From Deltaproteobacteria bacterium YD0425bin51 (lineage in GTDB: Bacteria; Desulfobacterota; Desulfobacteria; Desulfobacterales; YD0425bin51), in contig PDZS01000021.1 in assembly GCA_002753225.1 (NCBI GenBank), forward strand, positions 4,857 through 68,856: a stretch of 64,000 nt of DNA, in the 5' to 3' direction. The notes below the pieces were generated by a model. It had not been told where the DNA came from, ran no database searches, and was given only the letters and a program-made list of their open reading frames with translations. Below, piece after piece: positions 8,781-18,269 of this stretch. Numbering within the stretch: the stretch's first letter is position 1; each line of letters opens with the position of its first letter. A program made the position numbers and the translations under genes.

Positions 8781-9704
8781 ATGTCTATTGTATCGGGTAT
8801 TTTTCAAGCAAAAGCAACAGAAAGAGCAGCAGATACTCAAGCGGGAGCATCTGCTGAAGCTGTAGCATTAGAACGTGAGATGTGGCAACAATCAAGAGAA
8901 GACTTAAAACCTTTTATGGACGCTGCAAGGGAACAAATTCCACAGGTTCAAAGAGGGCAACGTAAATTTGAAGATTTGCTCCAAGAATATAAAAATAAAT
9001 CAGAGGATTGGAATCACTATAAAAATCAATTTGCATCTGTGACTAATGAATTTGGAGAGGTTCAACAAAAGTTCAAAACTCTTGCTGAAGAATTCGGAGG
9101 AGTTAAAAAAGAATATAGTGATTTAGTCTCACAGGGTCCTGGAGAATATAAAGAAAGTGATTATTATGATTATTTGATCAATCAAGCTGCAAAGGCAACT
9201 GACAGGTCAGTTGCAGCGGGTAGACTTGCAACAGGAACAGTACCAAAGGCATTGACTGAATATGCCATACCATTAGCAGCAAACGAGCGATCAAAATGGG
9301 TTGATGAATGGCTTCAAACCAAATTGAATCCTACATTAAATAAAAGCAATCTATTGTCACAACAACTGGCTGCGAAAACAGACGAAGCAAATATTATAGG
9401 ATCTAAATCTAACAGCTTAAGTAATGAAATGGGCGTTTACAATAACCAATTAGCATCATTGCTCACCCAGTTAAACGCATCAGGACAGATGGGCGGAATT
9501 GGGAGCACTCCTTATTTATCTTCTGTTTCTTCTGGGACAGGGGCTAACCAAAATACAGGCAATGCAATATCTAATTTAATGCAAAATAGAGGAGCTGCTG
9601 AAGCTAGTGGGATATTAGGAGGGGCAAGCGCAATAAGTAATGCTTCACAAAATACGATAAATAACGCTATGAATGCTTATAAATTATACAAATGGTTTGC
9701 GTAG
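8781..9704 (+). CDS. Putative internal virion / ejection protein
   Basis: 307 aa, coiled-coil centre, Gln/Asn/Ser/Gly-rich C-terminus. Sits in the position of the P22 gp7/gp20/gp16 ejection genes. No enzymatic motif recognised. Confidence 0.45.
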   Translation: MSIVSGIFQAKATERAADTQAGASAEAVALEREMWQQSREDLKPFMDAAREQIPQVQRGQRKFEDLLQEYKNKSEDWNHYKNQFASVTNEFGEVQQKFKTLAEEFGGVKKEYSDLVSQGPGEYKESDYYDYLINQAAKATDRSVAAGRLATGTVPKALTEYAIPLAANERSKWVDEWLQTKLNPTLNKSNLLSQQLAAKTDEANIIGSKSNSLSNEMGVYNNQLASLLTQLNASGQMGGIGSTPYLSSVSSGTGANQNTGNAISNLMQNRGAAEASGILGGASAISNASQNTINNAMNAYKLYKWFA

Positions 9705-9720
9705 TATAGGAGATTTAATT

Positions 9721-10740
9721 ATGGCTTTACAAACATACGATCAATATTTCAATAAGGCACAGCCTTTAAATACTGATAACTTTTTAAACGATTTGATAAA
9801 AATAAAAGAATATAAAGAACAAAATGAGTTAAAAAAGTTATTAGGTGAATACTATACAGGAGATAACCAAGTTAAACAAAATGTTATGCCTAAAATTTTT
9901 TCTAATAATCCTGATGCAGGGTTTAATATGCAAAAGGTAGAAAGGGAAACCAAAGCTTTTAATCAAAAAGAACAAGATGATATTTTAGATGTAGTTAGTA
10001 GAGGACTATCTTCTATAAATACTGATAACCCAGATCAATTTAGAAAAGATATATTCACTACAGGCGGACAAATTGCGATTGAGTTAAAGGATAAGTTTGG
10101 AGATAAAGCGATGCCATCAATAGCTCTAATTAAAACCTATATAGATAAAGCTCAAGATGATACAAAGCTACCTGATGTTATTGGGGCTGTAAAATATTAT
10201 AAAAATAGAATGTTTGGATCTGAGATGGCAAAGACGGAGGCAACGGAGGCGATTAAGGCAAAGTATAGAGAACCTAAAGGCTATCAACCTAAAACTGAAG
10301 AAGAGGCATTAAGATTAGAGGCTAAAAAAGCAGCAATTCATAAGGCATATAGAGAACCTTCAGAGTCACTTGACGAAAAAAAGCGATCTAAGGAATTAGA
10401 TAGGCTTAGAAGTTCTTTTTTAAGTTTGTCTAATAAAATGAACAGTATTAACGCAGGGCAAGACATATATGAGCTTAATAATGATAACAAAAAAAGTATT
10501 GTTGATAGCTTGCAGAAACAACTTAATACTATAACTAAACAATATAAGGCTAAAGGTGGGGATATTGCTGATTTAGGTATAGACGAAACAGTTGAACCTC
10601 CTAAACAACAAAAGCAACAACCTATAAAACAAGGTATGAAGGCATATAGTGATGGTAAAACTATCACATATAATGGCAAAGCATATCCAATAACAGATGG
10701 CACTATAACAATAGATGGTAAAAAATATAAAGTGAAATAA
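9721..10740 (+). CDS. Putative internal virion / ejection protein
   Basis: Start trimmed to ATG 9721 (RBS AGGAG 8 nt upstream). 339 aa, highly charged and helical. Positional assignment only. Confidence 0.45.
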   Translation: MALQTYDQYFNKAQPLNTDNFLNDLIKIKEYKEQNELKKLLGEYYTGDNQVKQNVMPKIFSNNPDAGFNMQKVERETKAFNQKEQDDILDVVSRGLSSINTDNPDQFRKDIFTTGGQIAIELKDKFGDKAMPSIALIKTYIDKAQDDTKLPDVIGAVKYYKNRMFGSEMAKTEATEAIKAKYREPKGYQPKTEEEALRLEAKKAAIHKAYREPSESLDEKKRSKELDRLRSSFLSLSNKMNSINAGQDIYELNNDNKKSIVDSLQKQLNTITKQYKAKGGDIADLGIDETVEPPKQQKQQPIKQGMKAYSDGKTITYNGKAYPITDGTITIDGKKYKVK

Positions 10741-10741
10741 T

Positions 10742-13700
10742 ATGACACCTGTATTTCTTGAACCAATTGAAGATGTAACATTAGAGCCTATTGATAATCA
10801 AAAAGAGGTAACATTAGAGCCTGTTATCGAAGAAGAAGCAAAGCCATCATTTTATAAAGATGTAGTTTTAAAAAGTGGTAAAGACTTAGTTGCTAATACT
10901 ATAGAGGGCGGGAAACAACTGCTTGATGTGGCTAAACATCCAATATCAGTAGGTGAGGGGGCTGCTAATTTATTTTACAATATTCCTCATTTCTTTGCAG
11001 GTGCGGGGGGGTATTCCCAAGATGCAGTTAAAGATTTAACGCAAAGAGCTATATTTGGTGAGATAAATTTAGAAAAAACTCATAAAGCAGCAATGAACGG
11101 ATTTCAAAGAGAGCAAGATAAAATAAGTAAAATATTACCTAAACTTAAACTTATGGCGCCTAAACAAGCTGAAACCGTTGAGAACATATTGATGCTTCCT
11201 ATGAATACGCCTATGGCTGCATTAAATGACATAGCTGATTCTGATGCAGTTAATGCTCTACCAAGTGCAATAAAAAACAATGTTAAAGGACTTTTAAGAT
11301 TTGGGGGAGATATTGCAGGCTTTGCTATGCAGCATGGAGTAACTAAGGATATAAAAGATCCATTTCAAAAAGATATTGTTTATCCAAAAGAAGCTCCTGA
11401 ATTAGATAAAACTTGGTCAGACAATGAAGCTTTGAAAGATGTAACATCAGATTTAAAGGCAGGTAACGAGCCGATACCTTTGCCTGTTATTAAAGATTTG
11501 CCTTTACCTACCAAAGATAATCCTATTATTGAGGCTGAAAAAGTCTTGTTAGACAAACAACAGCAATATCTTGACTTGTTTAAGGATGAAGAAATAAACA
11601 ATCCAGAATATTCACGGTATAGATATTCTATTGGAGAGGAAAGGGGGAGAAATGAAGGAGTAACAAGGACTTTACCAGAAGAAAAAATAAATTATCTTCC
11701 TAAAGATTTGCAAAGTGCTTTTTCACTTATGCAAGATGAGATAGCAAGCACATCTGGAGTTAATAAAAGTGCTAAGGGCTATGGCGAAACAACACAAAAT
11801 GTAAATTTAACTCAACAGTATAATCTTGGCAGTACAAATCCTGATTGGTTTAAAGCTTTAAATAAAGATTTGCAAAATAATAAATTAGGCGGAATCACAA
11901 GAATAGAATTTAACACTATAGTTGATAAAAAAGCACAGGGGAAAGAATTAACACCATTACAGATCAAAAAGTATTGGTATATAGAAGATTCAGCTAAAAA
12001 TTTAGATATAAAACATCCTGATTTAGTAGCTGGGCATGATGTTAAAAGGATAGAATCTAAAGGTTTTGAGCCTGTGGACAGAAAAATTGATATTATTGAT
12101 CTAGAGGAAGGTGATAAACTTTTAATAAATAATGAAGAGTTTCAGTTTAAGGGTTTTGATGAAAAGACAGGGGATGCAATTATAAAAGATGGTGAAACCT
12201 ATAAAGTTGATCCTTTTTCAAGTATAGAGGCTGACGGGGTACAAAAAAAAGGGCGGACAATTCAAAAAGAAGGTCAATCCACAGGCTTAACCCCTAAGCA
12301 ATCCATAACCCACAGGACAGCTATAGACATCCTCAAAGACCTAAATACAACTTTAGGCAAAATAGGTGCAGCTGGTTCATTAGGTGAGAAATCAGTTGAA
12401 CAAAGAGCAGCTTTAGAACGTTTAAAAACTGATTTTTATGCCATAAAACACAATGCAGAACAAGCTAGCAAAACCGTTGAAAAATATCTCTTAGACTTAA
12501 AATATGATCCTGAATTAGCAAAAACTATCCAACAAAAAATCGAAGAACTATCCCAAGAATTACCCAAATACGCACAATCAATAAATCTTACAAAACAAGA
12601 CATCCCAGAAGAATTTAAACGGGCTGAAATGGATTTGTCTAAACCAAAGACTCCTATAACTTGGGATGAAACCAGAGCAGCTGCAGAAGAAATATTAAAA
12701 AATCCTGAAAGATTGCAAGGGATATATTACAAAGCAAAAAATAGATTAGGCTTAAATCGTGAGGAGAATCTTGCTTTAAGATTAGACAATGTAAATAACA
12801 TTGCAAGAGTACAGGAAATATATAAAAAAGAAGGAATAGAGGCAGCTAACAAAGCAATAAGTAATTTTGAAGATACATTCTCTGCTTTAAACAAAGCATC
12901 TGCTGAAGCTGGTGGAATGCTAAACATGCACAAAATGACAGTTGGTGTCACAGATATAGCCAATAAAATACTTGCATTAAAAGACAAGTTAAATACCAAT
13001 GAATTTAAAGAACTAATGAAGGTTGATATAAAAGATGAAAAAGCAAGGTTAAAGGTTTTAGAAGATATTCAAGATCCAACTATCAAAGAAATGATTTTAG
13101 ATTATTGGTATAGTCAAATATTATCAGGAGTTCCTACACATTTAGTTAACACTATCTCAAATATAGGTTGGTTATTGTTTCAAATTCCGCATAGAGCTTT
13201 AATGGCTTTAGTAGACGCAGGGATGACAAAAGCAATAAGTAACAGACAACGTGAAATATATTTAAATGAAATTGTTCCTATGCTTGCAGGCTATAAAAAA
13301 GGATTTAAAAAAGGGAAATCAGCAGTATGGGAAACAATAAAAACAGGGAAACTTCCTAAAGATGTTGTCGATAAATTCAGCTTAGATAATGTTCCTTCTG
13401 CTTTATATAGAAGTAAAAATAAAATTATAAGAGCATTAGCGCCAGCACTTACATTTTCAAGAAGAGTATTACAGGCAATGGATGTTTTTGCAGGTTCTAT
13501 AGCATTTGACGGAGAGCTTGCAAGTTTGGCAAGAAGAGAAGCTACAAGAAGAGGCTTAAAGGGTGATATAAGGAAAGATTTTGAAATAAAATATATTGAG
13601 AATCCTTCTGAAGAAGCTATTGAAAAAGCCAATAAGCAAAGGAAATATGTAACTTTTACTGATGATTTAGACGGGTTTACTCAATGGATTATGGGAATAA

Positions 13701-14776
13701 GAAAAGTTCCTGTTATTGGTTTCAGCTCTCATTTTGTTATCCCTTTTATTCCTACTATAGCTAATTTAACAAAACGTGGGCTTGAAATGACTCCTGGTGT
13801 AGGGATAGCCAAAGAAGCAATATCAAGAGGAATGGGGCGAGGGCAATCAAATGTTGAAGTTATAGCAAAACAGATAGAAGGAACTGTTTTGGCTGCATAT
13901 GTTATGTATAAAATGTCTAAAGGAGAAATAGAAGGAGAATTGCCTGAAAACAAATCAGAAAGAGAAGCTTTTTATAGACAAGGTAAACTTCCTCATTCAA
14001 CTAAAGTAGGCAACACATATATCCAGCATAGAAGAATAGAGCCTTTTAACAGTGTTATTGCTTCCGCTGCATCAGCATATAAAAACATTATGAATGCTAA
14101 AGATGACGAAACTAAATATCAGATATTTTTAAATACTGCTAAAGATTTTAAAGAAAACTTTATTGATTCTTCATATTTTCAAGGATTACAACAAGTATTT
14201 GATAAATACGACAGATCTAAAGGTGGACTTGCAAGAACTGCTGCAAGTTTCTTGCCTCTTTCAGGTTTTTTAAAGTCAATAAATAGGTCTATAGAAGCTG
14301 GCGTTAATGGCGAAGTAAAAGTAAAAGAAAGCAAAGGTAATGAACTGCGTAAAGCTATAGGAGATGTTATTCCAGGCTTTTCAACTTTTTTTCTTGCTAA
14401 AAAGGATTTATTTGGAAAAGATGTAGTAATACAAGGTGGATGGCTAAGACAGTTTTTACCTTATAAATGGTCAGAAGGTACAAGCGATATTGTTGAGAAA
14501 GAGATGGAACGCTTAAAAAAATATCCATCTATGCCAAGTCAAAGCATAACACTAAGACCAAATAGCAAACCAGTTAAAATAGATGATCCATTATATAGAA
14601 AATATATTGAAAGTTTCGGGACAAATTTAAAATCAAGATTAGATAAAATAGTAATGTCTAAATCTTACGACAAAATGACAGATGAACAAAAAAAGATAAT
14701 GTTAGATAGGAATATTGATTTTATAAGGAAACAGGAAGCAAACAAACTAAAACATAAACTATTATTAAAGGAATAA
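10742..14776 (+). CDS. Giant (1344 aa) internal virion / DNA-ejection protein candidate
   Basis: Largest ORF of the module, lying between the small ejection-type genes and the tailspike. Mostly helical with hydrophobic segments around aa 790-1030 (e.g. ILSGVPTHLVNTISNIGWLLFQIP). No lysozyme or peptidase motif seen. Confidence 0.55.
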   Translation: MTPVFLEPIEDVTLEPIDNQKEVTLEPVIEEEAKPSFYKDVVLKSGKDLVANTIEGGKQLLDVAKHPISVGEGAANLFYNIPHFFAGAGGYSQDAVKDLTQRAIFGEINLEKTHKAAMNGFQREQDKISKILPKLKLMAPKQAETVENILMLPMNTPMAALNDIADSDAVNALPSAIKNNVKGLLRFGGDIAGFAMQHGVTKDIKDPFQKDIVYPKEAPELDKTWSDNEALKDVTSDLKAGNEPIPLPVIKDLPLPTKDNPIIEAEKVLLDKQQQYLDLFKDEEINNPEYSRYRYSIGEERGRNEGVTRTLPEEKINYLPKDLQSAFSLMQDEIASTSGVNKSAKGYGETTQNVNLTQQYNLGSTNPDWFKALNKDLQNNKLGGITRIEFNTIVDKKAQGKELTPLQIKKYWYIEDSAKNLDIKHPDLVAGHDVKRIESKGFEPVDRKIDIIDLEEGDKLLINNEEFQFKGFDEKTGDAIIKDGETYKVDPFSSIEADGVQKKGRTIQKEGQSTGLTPKQSITHRTAIDILKDLNTTLGKIGAAGSLGEKSVEQRAALERLKTDFYAIKHNAEQASKTVEKYLLDLKYDPELAKTIQQKIEELSQELPKYAQSINLTKQDIPEEFKRAEMDLSKPKTPITWDETRAAAEEILKNPERLQGIYYKAKNRLGLNREENLALRLDNVNNIARVQEIYKKEGIEAANKAISNFEDTFSALNKASAEAGGMLNMHKMTVGVTDIANKILALKDKLNTNEFKELMKVDIKDEKARLKVLEDIQDPTIKEMILDYWYSQILSGVPTHLVNTISNIGWLLFQIPHRALMALVDAGMTKAISNRQREIYLNEIVPMLAGYKKGFKKGKSAVWETIKTGKLPKDVVDKFSLDNVPSALYRSKNKIIRALAPALTFSRRVLQAMDVFAGSIAFDGELASLARREATRRGLKGDIRKDFEIKYIENPSEEAIEKANKQRKYVTFTDDLDGFTQWIMGIRKVPVIGFSSHFVIPFIPTIANLTKRGLEMTPGVGIAKEAISRGMGRGQSNVEVIAKQIEGTVLAAYVMYKMSKGEIEGELPENKSEREAFYRQGKLPHSTKVGNTYIQHRRIEPFNSVIASAASAYKNIMNAKDDETKYQIFLNTAKDFKENFIDSSYFQGLQQVFDKYDRSKGGLARTAASFLPLSGFLKSINRSIEAGVNGEVKVKESKGNELRKAIGDVIPGFSTFFLAKKDLFGKDVVIQGGWLRQFLPYKWSEGTSDIVEKEMERLKKYPSMPSQSITLRPNSKPVKIDDPLYRKYIESFGTNLKSRLDKIVMSKSYDKMTDEQKKIMLDRNIDFIRKQEANKLKHKLLLKE

Positions 14777-14781
14777 TTATA

Positions 14782-16947
14782 ATGTCAACAATATTGGGCT
14801 ATCCAAAATTTAAAGCTTTCTCATCAGCAGGAGTACCTCTTGCAGGGGGCAAAGTATATACATATGTTGCAGGAACTACAACAGCTAAGACAAGTTACTC
14901 AGATAGGGCTGCAAGTTCAGCAAATGCAAATCCTGTTATCTTAGATAGCAACGGAGAAGCTAACATATATCTTTATGGCGGAACTTATAAAATAGTCTTA
15001 AAAGATTCCTCTGATGTTACTATTTGGACTATGGATAATATTCAAGGGATGGATGGAATCATAAATTATGCGTCAATTGGTGATTATGGCGATAGTTTGG
15101 CAACTGCTATTGCTTCTATAGGTTCTACACAAAAAACGCTTATAATAGATAAATCTATATCGTTGGCTGCAGATTTAACTATACCATCAACATTAGAATT
15201 AAAGTTTATAAATGGTGGTAAAGTTACAATTGCATCAGGAAAAACACTAACTATAAATGGTAAATTAGAGGCTGGATTATACCAAATATTTGCAGGAAGT
15301 GGAACGGCTACATTTGCTCAAGGTTCAGTGAAAGAAATATATCCTGAATGGTGGGGAATAGTAGGCAATACTGGAAGTTATGACACAGCAGCAGTGCAGG
15401 CAGCAATTAACGCAGGCAAAAGCATAAAAACGCCTATAGTTTTCAACAATACTTATTATGTAACAACAGTAACTTGTGGTGGTGGAAATAATCAGATAAT
15501 TAAGTTTAACGGTCATAAGCTTATTGGTGTTTCTTCAACTCCTAATACTGATGCAGTTTTTCAAATCTATACTGCATACTCTAAGCTATATGATGTTTAT
15601 GTGGATGTTAATTATAATACTAACTATAAGTGCGGAATAAGATGGTATAGTGACGCTTCTTGCACTTCTGGGAATATTCATATTGATGGTATGGCTATAG
15701 AAAATTCTATTACAGGGCTTGTTTATGGCGCACATCCTTCAGGAGCTACATATAATGCAAGTCAATCTGAAAATACTATTGTTCACTTTAGGACATTAGG
15801 CGTTGAAAGGTGCATATATTTAGATCAACCAAATGGGAGATTATATTTAATATCTCCAATGATTGCAGTTAATAAGAATAGTTGGGTAGGTACTTTTGAT
15901 TATACTACAAGTTATATAATTTACAATTATGCTTCAGATGGTGGGGCTGTAATGATTTGGGGCGGCTCTTTAGTGTCTAGTGAATTCACACCATTAACGG
16001 CCAAAGTATATGGGCTAAAAGGTGAAAATATTTTTATTTATGGAGCTACATTAGAAATATTTGGAACTAATCTTGTAACTGGAGATATGACAATAAAAGA
16101 TACTGAAGATGGTGGTGTAAATGGGCATGGATATACTTATTTTGAATTAGGCTCTGGCGCAAATAATATTGAAAGAAAGTTGATATTAGATAATGTTGAT
16201 TTCTTTAGACCAACTGACTATGGTGCAAATTATCCAGAACCTTTTATTGATATGTCAAACGCTCCTGCTATGCAAGTCCATATCATAAATTCTAGGATAA
16301 AAGAATGGTCTTGGTATCAAAATACTTCAGTAGGAAATAGACCTTGTATTAAAGGAGGTAGGCCTTCAAGATTTTATAATGTATTATGGCAATTTTCTTC
16401 AGGTACAGGGGCTGATTCTATATATAACATAGATGATTACAACAATAAAATAACAACTGCTGATGTCAATGGTTCGTCTATGGCTGTAGCACATGACCAG
16501 GCAGCAAAGGGAGATTGGACTTTTTCAACAAGTGGTGGCGCTGGTGGATATTTTTGTGGAAATACTACGGAAAAACCATCTGGACATTTGGCATCAATAG
16601 AACTTAAAGATGATGCTGGAGTTGATACAAATATAACTTCACCAACAGGAGCCAATGGTTTTAAAGTCATTCCTCGTCAAACTATGGTTTTTTCAGCTCG
16701 ACATCTTCAAGGGAGTACTGGTGGTGGAAAACAAACATATATAACTTTATTATGGTATCAATATGATGGTTCAGCCTCTGCTACAGTATCAACTGAAATT
16801 TGTAGATTTGACCATGTTGGTGAATTTGCAACATGGGGATATATCTTTGTTCCCGTTTTAGTTCCGAGTGATGCAGTCTTTGCGGCATTAGTATTGAGCA
16901 ATAAAGCTAGTGCATTATCATATTTTGCTGATTTGAAACTAAATTAA
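14782..16947 (+). CDS. Tailspike with predicted right-handed beta-helix (pectate-lyase-like depolymerase) domain
   Basis: Conserved tailspike-type N-terminus (F.SAGVPLAGGKVYTYVAGTTTAKTSYSD...NPVILDSNGEANIYL.GTYKIVLKDS). Pectate_lyase_3-like motif YDTAAVQAAINAGKSI. 721 aa. Confidence 0.75.
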   Translation: MSTILGYPKFKAFSSAGVPLAGGKVYTYVAGTTTAKTSYSDRAASSANANPVILDSNGEANIYLYGGTYKIVLKDSSDVTIWTMDNIQGMDGIINYASIGDYGDSLATAIASIGSTQKTLIIDKSISLAADLTIPSTLELKFINGGKVTIASGKTLTINGKLEAGLYQIFAGSGTATFAQGSVKEIYPEWWGIVGNTGSYDTAAVQAAINAGKSIKTPIVFNNTYYVTTVTCGGGNNQIIKFNGHKLIGVSSTPNTDAVFQIYTAYSKLYDVYVDVNYNTNYKCGIRWYSDASCTSGNIHIDGMAIENSITGLVYGAHPSGATYNASQSENTIVHFRTLGVERCIYLDQPNGRLYLISPMIAVNKNSWVGTFDYTTSYIIYNYASDGGAVMIWGGSLVSSEFTPLTAKVYGLKGENIFIYGATLEIFGTNLVTGDMTIKDTEDGGVNGHGYTYFELGSGANNIERKLILDNVDFFRPTDYGANYPEPFIDMSNAPAMQVHIINSRIKEWSWYQNTSVGNRPCIKGGRPSRFYNVLWQFSSGTGADSIYNIDDYNNKITTADVNGSSMAVAHDQAAKGDWTFSTSGGAGGYFCGNTTEKPSGHLASIELKDDAGVDTNITSPTGANGFKVIPRQTMVFSARHLQGSTGGGKQTYITLLWYQYDGSASATVSTEICRFDHVGEFATWGYIFVPVLVPSDAVFAALVLSNKASALSYFADLKLN

Positions 16948-16958
16948 AGGATAATATT

Positions 16959-17339
16959 ATGTTAGAAGAACTTAAATCATTAGACATAACAGCCGCAGCG
17001 TTATTCAATGCCTATCAAGACTGGTTTAATAGGCTACATAAATCAAATAAAGAATTGGACATTGATATTAAGTTTAGGCTTCGTGCTTTTGGGAATGATG
17101 ACTTGAAACAACTTAGATATAGGGAAGAATGGGCAATTGATAGAGGGTGGAAGGGTAAATGTCCTGCTGGGCTTCATATTAGTTCTACTATTCCTGAGAT
17201 ATGGTGCGACCTTAAAGAATCTAAAGACGGACATATAATATTGCCACCTCATGTGCTTGCTCATGAAGTTATGCACGAAATCTATAATCTTAGTCATAGG
17301 ACAGTTTATCCTGATGACTTAGTTAAGGGTATCTACTAA
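16959..17339 (+). CDS. Small HExxH-motif protein (putative Zn-metallopeptidase-like), function unknown
   Basis: 126 aa with HEVMHE near the C-terminus. No TM segment. Sits directly before the endolysin. Confidence 0.45.
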   Translation: MLEELKSLDITAAALFNAYQDWFNRLHKSNKELDIDIKFRLRAFGNDDLKQLRYREEWAIDRGWKGKCPAGLHISSTIPEIWCDLKESKDGHIILPPHVLAHEVMHEIYNLSHRTVYPDDLVKGIY

Positions 17340-17342
17340 CTA

Positions 17343-17654
17343 ATGACTTTATTAGAGAAACAACAGTTATTTGTTTTTAAGGTGGCGCAACTCATAATGT
17401 TTGCTTATGACAATGGTTATAAACTTACTTTTGGTGATGCGTTTAGGGATGAAGATACAAAAGTTGGTATTCCTGAAAGTCTACATAAAAAAAGATTAGC
17501 GATAGATTTAAATTTATTTAAGGATGGGAAATATCTTAAAGAAACTTTTCATTATCAACTTTTAGGACAGTATTGGGAAAGTATAGGCGGTAGTTGGGGC
17601 GGTAGATTTAGAGATGGTAATCATTTTTCACTTAAGCATGAAGGGGTTAGATAA
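17343..17654 (+). CDS. Peptidase M15-type endolysin (LAS-family cell-wall peptidase)
   Basis: 103 aa. Carries SLHKKRLAIDL (S-x-H...A-x-D) and WGGRFRDGNHF (WGG..D..HF), the zinc ligands characteristic of Peptidase_M15_4/VanY-like phage lysins. Confidence 0.75.
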   Translation: MTLLEKQQLFVFKVAQLIMFAYDNGYKLTFGDAFRDEDTKVGIPESLHKKRLAIDLNLFKDGKYLKETFHYQLLGQYWESIGGSWGGRFRDGNHFSLKHEGVR

Positions 17655-17959
17655 TGCCTGGTCAATTAGATGCGATTGAAGAATATCTACAGTTAAGAGA
17701 TTTAGTAATAAGACTTGATGAGCGTTTTCAAAATGTTGAAAAGTTATTGAGAGACACAATAAATACAAATAAAGAAGAAATTAATAATATAAAAAATGTA
17801 GAACTTATAACTATTAAAAATGTTCAAAATAGCAGAAAATGTCTTGAACATGATGAGAAGCTTAAATCATTAGAAAGGATTGTTTATGGTAGCGTGGTTG
17901 TTATGGTTAGCATGCTGGGGTTTATTTTAACCAAAATGTTTGTTTTGCCAAGTCCATAA
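17654..17959 (+). CDS. Coiled-coil protein with single C-terminal TM helix (holin/lysis-accessory candidate)
   Basis: Its ATG overlaps the endolysin stop (TAATG). 101 aa. C-terminal hydrophobic helix YGSVVVMVSMLGFILTKMFVL. Confidence 0.4.
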   Translation: MPGQLDAIEEYLQLRDLVIRLDERFQNVEKLLRDTINTNKEEINNIKNVELITIKNVQNSRKCLEHDEKLKSLERIVYGSVVVMVSMLGFILTKMFVLPSP

Positions 17960-18045
17960 AAAAATCTCAAAAGCGCACACAAGACCCGCACACAAAATGT
18001 TAATAGTTATTTAATATTTTCTTAGGAAGGCTTTATTTTATTAAG

Positions 18046-18119
18046 TCGGGGCGGTAGGATTTGAACCTACGACTTCCTGCTCCCAAAGCAGGAGCGCTAC
18101 CAGGCTGCGCTACACCCCG
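18046..18119 (-). tRNA. tRNA-Pro (anticodon UGG), CCA not encoded
   Basis: The reverse complement folds as a cloverleaf: CGGGGTG TA GCGC AGCCTGGTA GCGC T CCTGC TTTGGGA GCAGG AAGTC GTAGG TTCAAAT CCTAC CGCCCCG A. Anticodon is TGG with G37. Confidence 0.92.
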
Positions 18120-18140
18120 AATAAATAGAGTTATATAAAA

Positions 18141-18186
18141 AAAAGAATAAAAAAAGGGTTATGTTTAATAATCTACCATAACCCCC
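18141..18186 (-). terminator. Rho-independent terminator downstream of tRNA-fMet
   Basis: The minus strand reads GGGTTATG-(13 nt loop)-CATAACCC followed by TTTTTTTATTCTTTT. Confidence 0.6.
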
Positions 18187-18192
18187 TTAATT

Positions 18193-18269
<77 letters not shown>

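Larger units (their letters stand above)
1..18045 (+). mobile_element. Partial prophage: late region (morphogenesis plus lysis) of a P22-like podovirus, right end abutting tRNA-Pro
   Basis: 17 co-directional, tightly packed or overlapping ORFs. Order is scaffold, coat, fibre, gp4-like, gp10-like, needle/fibre, ejection proteins, tailspike, endolysin. It ends 86 bp from the 3' end of a tRNA gene. By eye it is more GC-rich than the DNA after 18.3 kb. The left boundary is outside the window. Confidence 0.75.

Noticed and set aside
10338-10781. 147-aa Cys/Leu/Ser-rich minus-strand ORF that looks membrane-protein-like (considered as a hidden holin or immunity gene)
   Set aside because: It lies entirely opposite two tightly coupled plus-strand genes. 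Its hydrophobicity derives from reading Lys/Glu-rich codons in reverse. No RBS or promoter is evident.
11380-13953. Four minus-strand ORFs (11380-11601, 12727-12999, 13291-13632, 13729-13953) within the 1344-aa gene
   Set aside because: All are shadow ORFs of an A-rich, stop-poor reverse frame. None has a motif or a start context.
15325-16670. Minus-strand ORFs 15325-15516 and 16437-16670 within the tailspike gene, and 17043-17297 within the HExxH gene
   Set aside because: They are antisense to supported genes, short and featureless.
17960-18045. Searched the phage/tRNA junction for a duplicated tRNA fragment or a recognisable att core, noting the short CGCACACA direct repeat
   Set aside because: Only an 8-nt imperfect repeat (GCGCACACAAGACCCGCACACAA) is present. 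That is too short to call an att site without the other prophage end.
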